Below, one piece after another: positions 16,648-25,922 of a stretch of DNA of 64,000 nucleotides. The position numbers and the translations under genes are program-made. Position 1 is the first letter of the stretch. Every line of letters begins with the position of its first letter. Source of the stretch: a virus; IMG/VR virus record IMGVR_UViG_3300035156_000041, positions 22,315-86,314 of that record; one strand, given 5' to 3'. The notes beneath the pieces are model-generated. The model was given only the letters and a program-made list of their open reading frames with translations, had not been told where the DNA came from and did no database searches.

Positions 16648-17364
16648 TTGAGCAAACGACTTACACAACGAGAATTTGAGCAGCGTTCCACAGAATCTCA
16701 TGCCATCTTACATGACTATTCCGAAGCCGTCTATACACACCGTACGGAACTCGTAAAAATTCGCTGCACAGAGCATGATGCTGTTTTCTACCAACCTGCT
16801 GGTGCTCATATGGATGGACATACACGTTGTCACCAATGTGTTCTTGACAGGAAGATGGCTACGCGAGTAGCTAAGAGATCGGTAGGGCTAGAGCTAAACG
16901 AAAAACGTTGCTCGACCTGTGCTGAAATTAAGGATAAGAGCGAGTTTACTGCTAACCTTATGGGTGCTGACGGACTGCGTTGCGAGTGCAGAGCTTGTGG
17001 CTCGCTGAAGAGTAAAGAACGTATGAAGTGTCCTATAGAGTGGCAAAAGAAAAAGGAGTACTCTGCCGAGTACACTCGCAATAATCGAGATAAGGCTAAT
17101 GCTAAGTCTGCTCTTCGCAGAGCTAACCGAAATCGCGCCACCGTAGATTTCGAGGACAAAGAGTTTGAAGAGCTTTTCTTAAAAGAGATGTACAATTTAA
17201 CTGTCCTCCGAGAGTCTGCGACAGGTTTCAAGTGGCAAGTAGACCATACCGTGCCTCTTTTGTCAAGCTTTGTTTGTGGTCTGCACTGGAGTGGTAATCT
17301 TAGCATTATCCCTGCTTTCGACAATCTTTCCAAGGGTAACAGATTTTGGCCCGATATGTGGTAA
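16648..17364 (+). CDS. HNH homing endonuclease
   Basis: CxxH/CxxC zinc modules; VDHTVPL..VCGLH..NL..N..KGNRFWPDM. Confidence 0.88.
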   Translation: MSKRLTQREFEQRSTESHAILHDYSEAVYTHRTELVKIRCTEHDAVFYQPAGAHMDGHTRCHQCVLDRKMATRVAKRSVGLELNEKRCSTCAEIKDKSEFTANLMGADGLRCECRACGSLKSKERMKCPIEWQKKKEYSAEYTRNNRDKANAKSALRRANRNRATVDFEDKEFEELFLKEMYNLTVLRESATGFKWQVDHTVPLLSSFVCGLHWSGNLSIIPAFDNLSKGNRFWPDMW

Positions 17365-17380
17365 ATAATTTAAGGAACGT

Positions 17381-17845
17381 ATGACAGTCATTGACCCATC
17401 TTCTGATCTAGGGAAGCTCCGTTTACGTTGTGGTGATTGGCAAACCCTTCCATGGTTACCAGACACAGTGTACCTGCAAACCCTCACAGATAGTGGGGGC
17501 AATCTGCCAGCAGCAGCCAAGACCTGCGCGCTTTACATCTTGGCGATGCTCAGTTTCCGCACGCACGAGAAGATGGCGCAATTGGAAAGTTGGTCTGCGG
17601 AAAGTTATACAAACTTTAAAGATTTCCTTTTGACCACTGTAAGCAACCCTGCGTTCATGTCTTTTTCGCCAATCCCTTCGTCTACGTCTGAGGAGTTCTC
17701 ACCTATTCTGAGTTTTCAGAAAGCATGGAATCAGAACTTTAATTCGGGAGATGAAGCGCAGCAGCTTGCATTCACTGGTGACATCAGTGCTAATGACGGC
17801 TCAAGGTTGGGTATGTATGGGCGTACTGGTTGGTCCGAAGCATGA
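17381..17845 (+). CDS. head-tail adaptor (putative)
   Basis: Position after MCP; DPSS..GKLRLRCGD N-terminus. Confidence 0.6.
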   Translation: MTVIDPSSDLGKLRLRCGDWQTLPWLPDTVYLQTLTDSGGNLPAAAKTCALYILAMLSFRTHEKMAQLESWSAESYTNFKDFLLTTVSNPAFMSFSPIPSSTSEEFSPILSFQKAWNQNFNSGDEAQQLAFTGDISANDGSRLGMYGRTGWSEA

Positions 17846-18237
17846 GCAGATTTGACCAATTTGACCGGCTAGTTGCCAACGCGATGCAGCGATGGGGCTT
17901 CACCGCCCTCTACCAGAAAATTACAACAGTCCCCAACGACGCCACAGGTGGCGTCGATGAAACTATCATAGCAATCCCTATTCGCTGTATCCGCCAGGAA
18001 CAGTTACGCCCCCTATTCGGCACTGGCACTAACACTGGCACCGATATCCAGAATGGCGACCTAATCCTGTACGTGCAGCCTACTGAGAAGGCTGACAAGT
18101 TTGCCGATGCTCTCGTAATTGATCCCACAGATGATAACGTGGTAATCCAAGGAGTAACTTGGAACATTGTAACGAGTAAGCTTCATGGCACCGATCCGTC
18201 AGACCCAATCCTCTACGAGTTGTACATTCGTAAATAA
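17842..18237 (+). CDS. head closure / head-tail joining protein (putative)
   Basis: GTDIQNGD..ILYELYIRK pattern; ATGA overlap. Confidence 0.6.
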   Translation: MSRFDQFDRLVANAMQRWGFTALYQKITTVPNDATGGVDETIIAIPIRCIRQEQLRPLFGTGTNTGTDIQNGDLILYVQPTEKADKFADALVIDPTDDNVVIQGVTWNIVTSKLHGTDPSDPILYELYIRK

Positions 18238-18291
18238 TTAACAGCATCGTCAAGCTGCAAAAGTGGCTTCCCTATTTCCAAGGAACCCCTA

Positions 18292-20964
18292 ATGTCTCTC
18301 CCAATCGGCTCTGTCGTAACAGACGTTACGCTCGAAAGCCTATCAGCAGCAAATCAGAGTAACACCCCTATCACATTCGGTCAAGTGTTTAAAGTTGGCG
18401 ATACGCTTCAAGGTGAAAGCCTTGTAGGGCGTATTGGCAAGGACACTGTACCACTCCAATACGAAGTGAAAGCCACTCACGCAGATGGCTCTGTGCGTCA
18501 CGCTATTATCAGCCTTGTGCTGCCAAGCTTGTCTGCCAAGACCCTGCCAGTGATGCAGCTTGTGAAGTCTGCTCCAAGCGACTCTACATCAGCACCTAGC
18601 ACGCCTACCACAGCCTCTGTGACAGCCACGATTGCAGGCGTAAAGTATTCGGCTACTGTTGATAATACGCACCTTGCCAATAAGGTTTGGTTGTCTGGTA
18701 ATATAGTGCAAGAGAAGCAATTCAATGTTCCTTTCACTACAGCAGATGGTACAGCCCACCCTCACTTGTATGCACGGTTTGCTCTGCGTGATTATACGGC
18801 AATTGGTAATGTGCGTGTGGATGTGGCAGTAGAGAACAATTGGGCATATGAAAGTGGCCCACAGAACTTTGTGTATGATCTTGAAAATCAAGTAAATGGT
18901 AACGTAGTTTATTCTCAAGCTGCTCTCAACCACTACCACCACGCCCGCCATCGTAAGGTGTATTGGACTGGAAGCTCGCCACAAGTCAATGTGCGTCCTA
19001 ATCTAGTTTATTTTCTTGCTGCTAAAGCTGTCCCATACTACGACCCAGCTACGCCACCATCTGAAAAAACTTTGCAGCAAACCGGCGCTCTAGCGTTGAA
19101 TGCTGGACCAATGCAGATTGGTGCGACAACAGCGTACATGCCAATGACAGGTGGTCGTGGAGATATTGGTATCCTCCCTGATTGGCAAGTTAATTGGCTG
19201 CTTTCAGGAGACTCCCGAGCACGCGATACCAGCCTTGTAACAGCTAACGGCGCTGGTAGCTTTCCAATGCACTACCGGGACAAGAATACAGATCGTCCAG
19301 TTAGCCTTAAAGACCATCCACGAATGACGATGGGTAACGTTTCAGATGCAGGGACAGACGCTTTTCCTTGGGTGGATACAGGCAACGATGCTAACCCTAA
19401 GAATCGCACACCACTTACTCCTGAGATTCCACATCACCCTGCACTTCCCTATTTGCCCTACCTTTTGACGGGTGACTACTACTATCTGGAGGAGTTGCAA
19501 TTCTGGGCAATGTGGTGCGTGTTTTCCTCGAACCCCGGCTATCGTGGCGCTGGTTTAGGTCTTGTTATTCCTGAGCAGTTACGAGGTCAAGCATGGGCTT
19601 TACGAACATTAACTCAAGCAACCTATATTACGCCCGATGATGACTCTTATAAACAAGAGTTTACTCGTATTCTGAACAACAATTTTGATTGGTATAACTC
19701 AGCTTACACCAATAACAAAGTTCGTAATGATGTTTCTCCAGGTGATAGTGACTTCGACCAAAGTAAGATGGGTAATGATCTTGGAACCATCGTTAATGGC
19801 TTTGCAGTAGCATACGATGGAAATACGGGCGTAGCACCTTGGATGGATGATTTCTTCACATCGGTAATTGGTTATGCAGCAGACTTGGGCTTCACCGAGG
19901 CTCTACATCTACTGGCATGGAAAGCTCAGTTTCCGGTGGGTCGAATGACGGCAGACGGTGTGTGTTGGGTAACAGCCGTTCCTTACAATCTTCATATTAG
20001 AGAAACTGGTAACGGACCATTCTATAAAACTCTAAAAGAGTGCTACACAAAGCAGCTTGGCGAGAAGTTTATGGCTTTGCCTTGTGCAAGCCCTGAGATG
20101 GCTCAAGCGTGGAATGCAACCGGATACCCTTCCAATCAGTACCCATCATCAGGCGGTGTATTTGCAGGGGACATGAGTAATATTGCTTTTGGTAACGTTG
20201 GCTATCCCTCTAATATGCAGCCAGCCTTGGCATACTGTGCAGAATATGATTTGCCAAATGCTCGAAAAGCTTGGGACTTGTTTATGTCACGCAGCGTTCA
20301 ATGTGACTACTCGAACGGCGCACAGTTTAACGTAGTACCTCGAAACTACAAGGCGCAGCCAGTTGCACCTTACGTAGACACTGACACTAGAGTTTGGAAT
20401 CAAATTGGCAAAGAAGGTGAGACAGTTAATGTCCCTGACAACACAACAGTGCGTTACGGGGCAAACGGCTTGTACTCCTCTGAAGAAGTAATGAGCGGGG
20501 AGATTGTTATTTCCAACGCAACATTTGGCGGCGACCCTGCCCCCAATACCCCTAAGTTTTTGCAACAACTAATTCCATCAGCAACACCACCTATTAAGGA
20601 CGACCCTATCATGACTTTCAAAGTATCCGTAGCACTCACATTTGCTAACCAAACCCTTCCAGCAGGCTCCGAAGCCTCCGCAGCACAAACCCTCGTAGAA
20701 CTGCTCGCAGCAGACGGCGTAACAGTTGTAGCATCGTCAGCAACTGTCTACGAATTTAGCGGCATCAACGCTGGCGATTATGTTGTTCGTGCTAGCGGTA
20801 TTGACAGCAAGGGCGCTGTCATGGGCGTACCTTACACGCAAGCTTTCACTATCGTGGAAGAAGTTGTGACGCCACCAGTTGACACGCCTCCTGTTGAGCC
20901 TGCTCCACAACCTGTTGATGTCTCGCTCCCAAGCGGTATCACTGTCAGCTACGTCAAGGAATAA
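18292..20964 (+). CDS. large putative glycan-degrading virion protein (lyase-like alpha-toroid core, lectin-like module, Ig-like tail)
   Basis: PITFGQVF..HADGSVRHA N-terminal beta domain; aromatic-rich helical core (HHP.LPYLPYLLTGDYYYLEE, QLRGQAWALR); VRYGA..NATFGGDPAP module. Confidence 0.5.
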   Translation: MSLPIGSVVTDVTLESLSAANQSNTPITFGQVFKVGDTLQGESLVGRIGKDTVPLQYEVKATHADGSVRHAIISLVLPSLSAKTLPVMQLVKSAPSDSTSAPSTPTTASVTATIAGVKYSATVDNTHLANKVWLSGNIVQEKQFNVPFTTADGTAHPHLYARFALRDYTAIGNVRVDVAVENNWAYESGPQNFVYDLENQVNGNVVYSQAALNHYHHARHRKVYWTGSSPQVNVRPNLVYFLAAKAVPYYDPATPPSEKTLQQTGALALNAGPMQIGATTAYMPMTGGRGDIGILPDWQVNWLLSGDSRARDTSLVTANGAGSFPMHYRDKNTDRPVSLKDHPRMTMGNVSDAGTDAFPWVDTGNDANPKNRTPLTPEIPHHPALPYLPYLLTGDYYYLEELQFWAMWCVFSSNPGYRGAGLGLVIPEQLRGQAWALRTLTQATYITPDDDSYKQEFTRILNNNFDWYNSAYTNNKVRNDVSPGDSDFDQSKMGNDLGTIVNGFAVAYDGNTGVAPWMDDFFTSVIGYAADLGFTEALHLLAWKAQFPVGRMTADGVCWVTAVPYNLHIRETGNGPFYKTLKECYTKQLGEKFMALPCASPEMAQAWNATGYPSNQYPSSGGVFAGDMSNIAFGNVGYPSNMQPALAYCAEYDLPNARKAWDLFMSRSVQCDYSNGAQFNVVPRNYKAQPVAPYVDTDTRVWNQIGKEGETVNVPDNTTVRYGANGLYSSEEVMSGEIVISNATFGGDPAPNTPKFLQQLIPSATPPIKDDPIMTFKVSVALTFANQTLPAGSEASAAQTLVELLAADGVTVVASSATVYEFSGINAGDYVVRASGIDSKGAVMGVPYTQAFTIVEEVVTPPVDTPPVEPAPQPVDVSLPSGITVSYVKE

Positions 20965-20965
20965 C

Positions 20966-21064
20966 ATGCTGAAGAAGATATGGGCATGGCTGCTAGGAAC
21001 ATTTGGCAAGAAGGTACATGTCCAGCTTCCTTCAGCAGCAGTTGTAGTAATTAAAGACGAGTAA
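20966..21064 (+). CDS. 32-aa peptide
   Basis: AAGGA RBS, MLKKIWAWLLGTFGKK..., followed by terminator. Confidence 0.45.
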   Translation: MLKKIWAWLLGTFGKKVHVQLPSAAVVVIKDE

Positions 21065-21072
21065 GTAATTAT

Positions 21073-21119
21073 AGGAGACTTGATGGCACCTGCAAGGTGT
21101 GGCTGTCAAGTCTCTTTTG
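21073..21119 (+). terminator. long hairpin terminator
   Basis: GGAGACTTGATGGC...GCTGTCAAGTCTCT then TTTG. Confidence 0.65.
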
Positions 21120-21141
21120 TTGTATATAAATAGGAATAAGA

Positions 21142-23739
21142 ATGTCCATTAAATTCGACCCGGCACTATCGCCCCCTACTTTTATTTTCTCAACACTTGC
21201 AGCAGCTAAGACTTTACCAGATAGTGATTGGGCAATTGGTTGCGTTATTTATTTTAATTCGATAAACGCCGCAGTCGTGGGTCAGCCACAATATCTGTAC
21301 TCAACAGGACCATTTCAAACCGCGGGTTCGTTCAATTTAGTATACGAGCCAGCCTCTGCCGCAAATTCTGAGAGAAATGTCCACTTGTTTTTAGGGGCTT
21401 CAAACAGTCCCGTCTGTATAAGTCCTACATCACCTGTCAGCGGTGATTCGTGGTTATTTGTATTCCAGCGTGTTTCAGGGAACCTTACGGTAAAACAATG
21501 TCGCGTGTTGGCATCGGCTCCGGTGGATGGTTCAGCAGTGCTTACTGGGCAAACTGTCGCTTTAACGGGGACTTTAGTAGGTACTGGGAACTTGACCATT
21601 GGTGCTAGGTCGGATCAAGCAACTAACAGGGTTTTTGGCCAATCTGCTGCGCGTATTTTCCGATTGGACGGTACAGGGTTGACCGACTTCGAGATTGCCA
21701 AACTTGCATACGGAATGGAGTTGTCCGATATCGGGAAAACCCCAGCGCAATATATTCGGATGAATGACGTGTCCGATTTGTCTGACCGAGGTACGCAAGC
21801 AAATTCATTCTCGGCAACTCCGTCTACTATGGTTACGGGTACTTCCCCTGGCTTCGGCTATGTTGCGTCAGGTACACCGGTTGCTCCAGCTATTTCTGGC
21901 TTGCCAACATTTGCCGGTGCAGCAGTTGGTTCTGTTTCTACAGTATCCCCAGCCAGCACGACTGGTACTCCATCACCGGCAAACACGTTTCAATGGAAGA
22001 TTGACGGCGCTGCCATTTCTGGAGCAACCGGGACAACTTATACGCCGATCTCAAGTGATGCAGGAAAAACACTTACTGTTACCCAAACTGCCAATAGCAC
22101 TAGCGGTACAGCTACAGCCACCAGCACCGGCTCTGTAGTTTCGGCAACCGTTGCATATGGTATTGATGCCGCGCAGTTGGTGGCAGAGAGAATCTACCAG
22201 CGCATTTCTGGCGCAGCTACTATTGCGGTGTCTGGAACATGGGTGGGGTCTTCTGCACCGGCTTCAGTTGAGTACCAGCTTTTTGCTCCTAATGGAACTG
22301 ACGTTCAAAAAACATGGGCATCGATTGGAGCCACAATTGCAGCAGGAGGAACTTGGGTAGCTTCTCCGTCGATTCCTCAACCAACAAACGGAAAGAAATA
22401 CTTAATTCAGTATCGGTCTAAAGACTTGGGTGGAACGGTATTGGCGACATCTGCCATTAAATCCAACCGTTTCGGTGTCGGTGATATCCACGGCTTTATT
22501 GGATCAAGCAGCGCAGAAAAAGCGTTTTACACGGATTCAGGCACAGGTTTTACTCTTGACCCAGATGTCACCAGTCGCTACGACGGGACGTGGTACACTA
22601 TTACCGCTGGCTGTGCAATTCAGATTGCGAGTTACTTGGCTGTGCAGGCAGGCGTACCAATTGCCTTCCTTGACTACGGTATCGGTGGCTCTGTGATTAC
22701 AGATTGGACCAATACAAGTTATTCTCAGTGGACAGCCTTTGCGAGTGGTGTCAGTGATGTTGGTGGCAAGATATCAGGTTGTTTAATTACAATCGGATCA
22801 AACGATGCTGCTTATGGGTCCGTTACTTCGAGGGCATCGCACTTGGCAAACTGGAGGACCATGATAGCGAATGTGAGAGCTTTGACTTCGCAAAGCGCCA
22901 TGCCTATCTGCGCCATTGGATTCAACCGACGAACCAACACCACAGTCTCACAATCAGTATTCGATTTATGCTCTGATTATGTCCGCATGGCTGAAAATGA
23001 TATTGGCGATGATGCAAACGTATGCACCGTTCAGACTATGGACTTCCTACTGAGCAGTGACGGAATTCACTTAGCGTCTGTTGACACTGGCTTCCCAGCA
23101 TGGGGGCGGCGGATATCTTATCAGTACGGCTCATTTATCGCAGGCACTTATTTGCGTGGCCCTAAAATCACACAAATCTCCGTAACTGGCAATGTCGCCA
23201 CAGTTTCTATTGCCAACAGGGGTTCCACAGATTTCACACCGACTAGTGGTATTACTGGGTTCACAGCCTTTGATACAGGGGGTGTTGCTGTCACAATTAA
23301 CTCTGCTGTCCGCACAAATGCCACCACAATCACCTTAACGTGCGCGTCTGCTCCAGCAAAGATTCAGTATCTAGAGGGCAGCGCGCCTGCTGTTGGAACG
23401 CCAGTTTTTGGCAACACGGCTAGCCCACTACCAATGACCGTAGAGACTGATAGAGCTATTGTAGCCGCGCTGGCTACTGCTGCTAATTTTACAGTTGTAG
23501 ATTCTACGGGCGCTGCTGTCACAGGCGTAACAGGCTTAGACTATGCATTCTATGACAATTACCGTGTCAGTGCAGGGGCCGCTCCTGTTAAATATGGAAC
23601 AAATCTCGCCATCACCGGGGGTACAGCCACAATTAATATTACGGGCGTGACAACCTTGGCACCAGGAGGTATTGGACGAGTTATTTGGAGTGACGCAGCA
23701 GGCACCAAGATTGGTAGCGGACTGGTAACGGTGTCGTAA
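21142..23739 (+). CDS. multidomain virion protein: LamG-like, Ig-like, SGNH (O-acetyl)esterase and C-terminal anchor
   Basis: GDIHGFIGSSS, GIGGSVITDW, GSNDA and DGIH SGNH blocks; FQW..DGAAISGATGTTY Ig-like repeat. Confidence 0.7.
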   Translation: MSIKFDPALSPPTFIFSTLAAAKTLPDSDWAIGCVIYFNSINAAVVGQPQYLYSTGPFQTAGSFNLVYEPASAANSERNVHLFLGASNSPVCISPTSPVSGDSWLFVFQRVSGNLTVKQCRVLASAPVDGSAVLTGQTVALTGTLVGTGNLTIGARSDQATNRVFGQSAARIFRLDGTGLTDFEIAKLAYGMELSDIGKTPAQYIRMNDVSDLSDRGTQANSFSATPSTMVTGTSPGFGYVASGTPVAPAISGLPTFAGAAVGSVSTVSPASTTGTPSPANTFQWKIDGAAISGATGTTYTPISSDAGKTLTVTQTANSTSGTATATSTGSVVSATVAYGIDAAQLVAERIYQRISGAATIAVSGTWVGSSAPASVEYQLFAPNGTDVQKTWASIGATIAAGGTWVASPSIPQPTNGKKYLIQYRSKDLGGTVLATSAIKSNRFGVGDIHGFIGSSSAEKAFYTDSGTGFTLDPDVTSRYDGTWYTITAGCAIQIASYLAVQAGVPIAFLDYGIGGSVITDWTNTSYSQWTAFASGVSDVGGKISGCLITIGSNDAAYGSVTSRASHLANWRTMIANVRALTSQSAMPICAIGFNRRTNTTVSQSVFDLCSDYVRMAENDIGDDANVCTVQTMDFLLSSDGIHLASVDTGFPAWGRRISYQYGSFIAGTYLRGPKITQISVTGNVATVSIANRGSTDFTPTSGITGFTAFDTGGVAVTINSAVRTNATTITLTCASAPAKIQYLEGSAPAVGTPVFGNTASPLPMTVETDRAIVAALATAANFTVVDSTGAAVTGVTGLDYAFYDNYRVSAGAAPVKYGTNLAITGGTATINITGVTTLAPGGIGRVIWSDAAGTKIGSGLVTVS

Positions 23740-24953
23740 TGGCACTAACTTATCGCGATTCCAAGAATGGCTCTGCTGTAGTGTATGCGAATTCTGTGTA
23801 TGCTACAAGTTCTGACACAACCCTGCCAGTAATGGTGGGAAGCCTCACTAGCAGTGCAATCACAACAAGTGGTTTTACTCTGTCGTGGTCAGCAGCAACA
23901 GACAACGTAGCCGTTACAGGCTATGAAGTTTCTACTGACAATGGTACGAGTTATACAGATGCTGGCAACGTCCTGACAGTAGTTAAGTCAGGCTTGACAC
24001 AAGCTACTCTGTACAACACAAAAGTCCGTGCATATGATGCTGCTGGTAACCGTGCAACACCTCTGAGCCTAGCTGTAACAACAGCCACAGCAGCAGATGG
24101 AACAGCACCTGTGATGACTGGCCCTATCACTATTAGCAGCCAAACAGCTTCTAGTTTTGTCATGTCATGGCCTGCTGCCTCTGACAATGTTGGAGTTACA
24201 GGCTACAAAGTTAGCACAGACGGTGGCAGCACATACGTAGACGTAGGCAATGTCCTCACAAGCACGCGTAGCGGCCTCACAGCTGCTACAACGTTCAACG
24301 TGCGAGTGTATGCCTACGATGCTGCTAACAACACTGCCACGCCCCTTACAACCACTGCCACAACGCTTGCTTCAGCAGACACTACTGCACCTGTAATGAC
24401 TGGCACGATTAGTGTCACAGCCATCAACTCTGGTGGCTTCACTTTTAGTTATGCAGCAGGCACTGACAATGTCGCTGTAACGGGCTATGAAGTTAGCGTA
24501 GACACTGGCACAGCCTCTTATACAAGTGTTGGCAATGTCTTGTCAGTGGCTAAGGTTAATCTGGCAGCAAGTACACAGTATAACATTCGTGTGCGAGCTT
24601 TCGATGCTGCTGGTTTGCGCTCTAACGTGCTGACAACAACTGCTACAACAGCCGCTGCACAGCAACTTGCAAGCTCTTTGACACTGACGTTCAAGAATCG
24701 TGCAGGCGTTGTGCAGGCTAGCTTGACAGGCATGAAGTGGGCATTCTTCGACGCTGCTACGCCAGATGCTTTGTTTTCACCTTCTGCGAAAGGTACAGGA
24801 GCCTCTACAAATGCTAGCGGGATTCTTGTGCTGAACGTTACAGGAACGCAGCTTCCTCCGGGGAGTACAGGCTGGCTTGTGTTTAGTAATAGTGATGGCA
24901 CAGCTACTCAGAGCAATCTTATCAGCTTTGCTGGCCCGTGTGTTGTAGCGTGA
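23739..24953 (+). CDS. fibronectin type III repeat protein (3x FN3) with C-terminal anchor
   Basis: Three repeats of DTTAP..W.AA.DNV.VTGY.VS..Y..VRAYDAAGN. Confidence 0.85.
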   Translation: MALTYRDSKNGSAVVYANSVYATSSDTTLPVMVGSLTSSAITTSGFTLSWSAATDNVAVTGYEVSTDNGTSYTDAGNVLTVVKSGLTQATLYNTKVRAYDAAGNRATPLSLAVTTATAADGTAPVMTGPITISSQTASSFVMSWPAASDNVGVTGYKVSTDGGSTYVDVGNVLTSTRSGLTAATTFNVRVYAYDAANNTATPLTTTATTLASADTTAPVMTGTISVTAINSGGFTFSYAAGTDNVAVTGYEVSVDTGTASYTSVGNVLSVAKVNLAASTQYNIRVRAFDAAGLRSNVLTTTATTAAAQQLASSLTLTFKNRAGVVQASLTGMKWAFFDAATPDALFSPSAKGTGASTNASGILVLNVTGTQLPPGSTGWLVFSNSDGTATQSNLISFAGPCVVA

Positions 24954-25120
24954 TGGAAGCGCTATTAGACAAGCAGCATTCCGCTGATGGAGATTTGGTA
25001 GTGGACACTCAGGAGTACGCTGTGGAGGATTATGAGGTGGATAGCACACGTCTCTCCACAGTGGCTGCTGAGCCTCGCATTGGAACAGTTAATTTAGAGA
25101 ATAGGATTGCCAATGGCTAA
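24953..25120 (+). CDS. 55-aa connector peptide
   Basis: TGATG coupling; ends in repeated (V/A)xxE(P/N)RI units. Confidence 0.5.
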   Translation: MEALLDKQHSADGDLVVDTQEYAVEDYEVDSTRLSTVAAEPRIGTVNLENRIANG

Positions 25121-25397
25121 AGATATGTTTGAGTATGAAGCCGCTGTCAATTCGGCTCTTGAGTACGGCATCAAGTGGCCTTTGCTAGATGGTGAAGCCA
25201 TTGTGCAGAGCACTTGGACTGTGTTGGCAGGGGCTGTCGCAGTGACGGCTGAAAAGGTTGTTGGGAATGTCTCATCAGCCTTTCTTCATCCTACTGTGGT
25301 GGGAACAGTTGTCAGGTTGGTTAATGAGATCACCACTAACAATGTTCCTCCGAGGGTTGATAGTCGGATGATCGTGCTGAGTGTGAAGCGTCTGTAG
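25113..25397 (+). CDS. small fibre-adaptor-like protein
   Basis: LEYGIKW..L.DGEAI..STW..RLVNEITT..RVDSR pattern recalled from phage fibre adaptor proteins. Confidence 0.55.
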   Translation: MAKDMFEYEAAVNSALEYGIKWPLLDGEAIVQSTWTVLAGAVAVTAEKVVGNVSSAFLHPTVVGTVVRLVNEITTNNVPPRVDSRMIVLSVKRL

Positions 25398-25423
25398 CAC
25401 ACCGATAGCTGCCTAGATAAGTC

Positions 25424-25452
25424 TTGACATTTGGCACACTTTATGCTATAAT
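25424..25452 (+). promoter_or_regulatory. consensus promoter of the tail operon
   Basis: TTGACA-TTTGGCACACTTTATGC-TATAAT. Confidence 0.85.
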
Positions 25453-25478
25453 ACGTAGATTAGAGGAATGGGTTGTTT

Positions 25479-25922
25479 ATGGGCTTTGCTATTGATATTC
25501 AAGCCTTCGGACAAAAGGCTCTTACACAAGCTAACAAGTCTTGCTGTAACGCTGTTGAAAGTTTGTTTACAGATGAAGTTGTGCTAAGCCCTATCCAACC
25601 TGTTGCGCAATACTCAACAGGATTACTTAAAAATAGCTACTACGCTAAAGTTGGTGGTTTCGACTTGACAGTGGGCACGTCTCCAAATTCTTCAGGTGGT
25701 GACAGTTTGAGTAGGATTAAGGCCATGTTAGCAGAAGCGCCTTTTCTTGGCAAGGACAATTTTGTAACGCTTACGAACTCTGTAGAAGAGGCTTATCGTG
25801 CAGATGTCCTAGGATGGCCTGCTGGAGAAGGGGCCAACGGTTGGGTGTGGAGTGGTCGTGTACAAGCATACGGCTTCACGAGCCAAGCTGTCAACAACTT
25901 TAAAGGAGCTTACGCACATTGA
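25479..25922 (+). CDS. neck / tail-completion protein (HK97 gp10-like)
   Basis: SP...TGLLKNSY and LTNSV..AY....GW motifs; position. Confidence 0.65.
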   Translation: MGFAIDIQAFGQKALTQANKSCCNAVESLFTDEVVLSPIQPVAQYSTGLLKNSYYAKVGGFDLTVGTSPNSSGGDSLSRIKAMLAEAPFLGKDNFVTLTNSVEEAYRADVLGWPAGEGANGWVWSGRVQAYGFTSQAVNNFKGAYAH

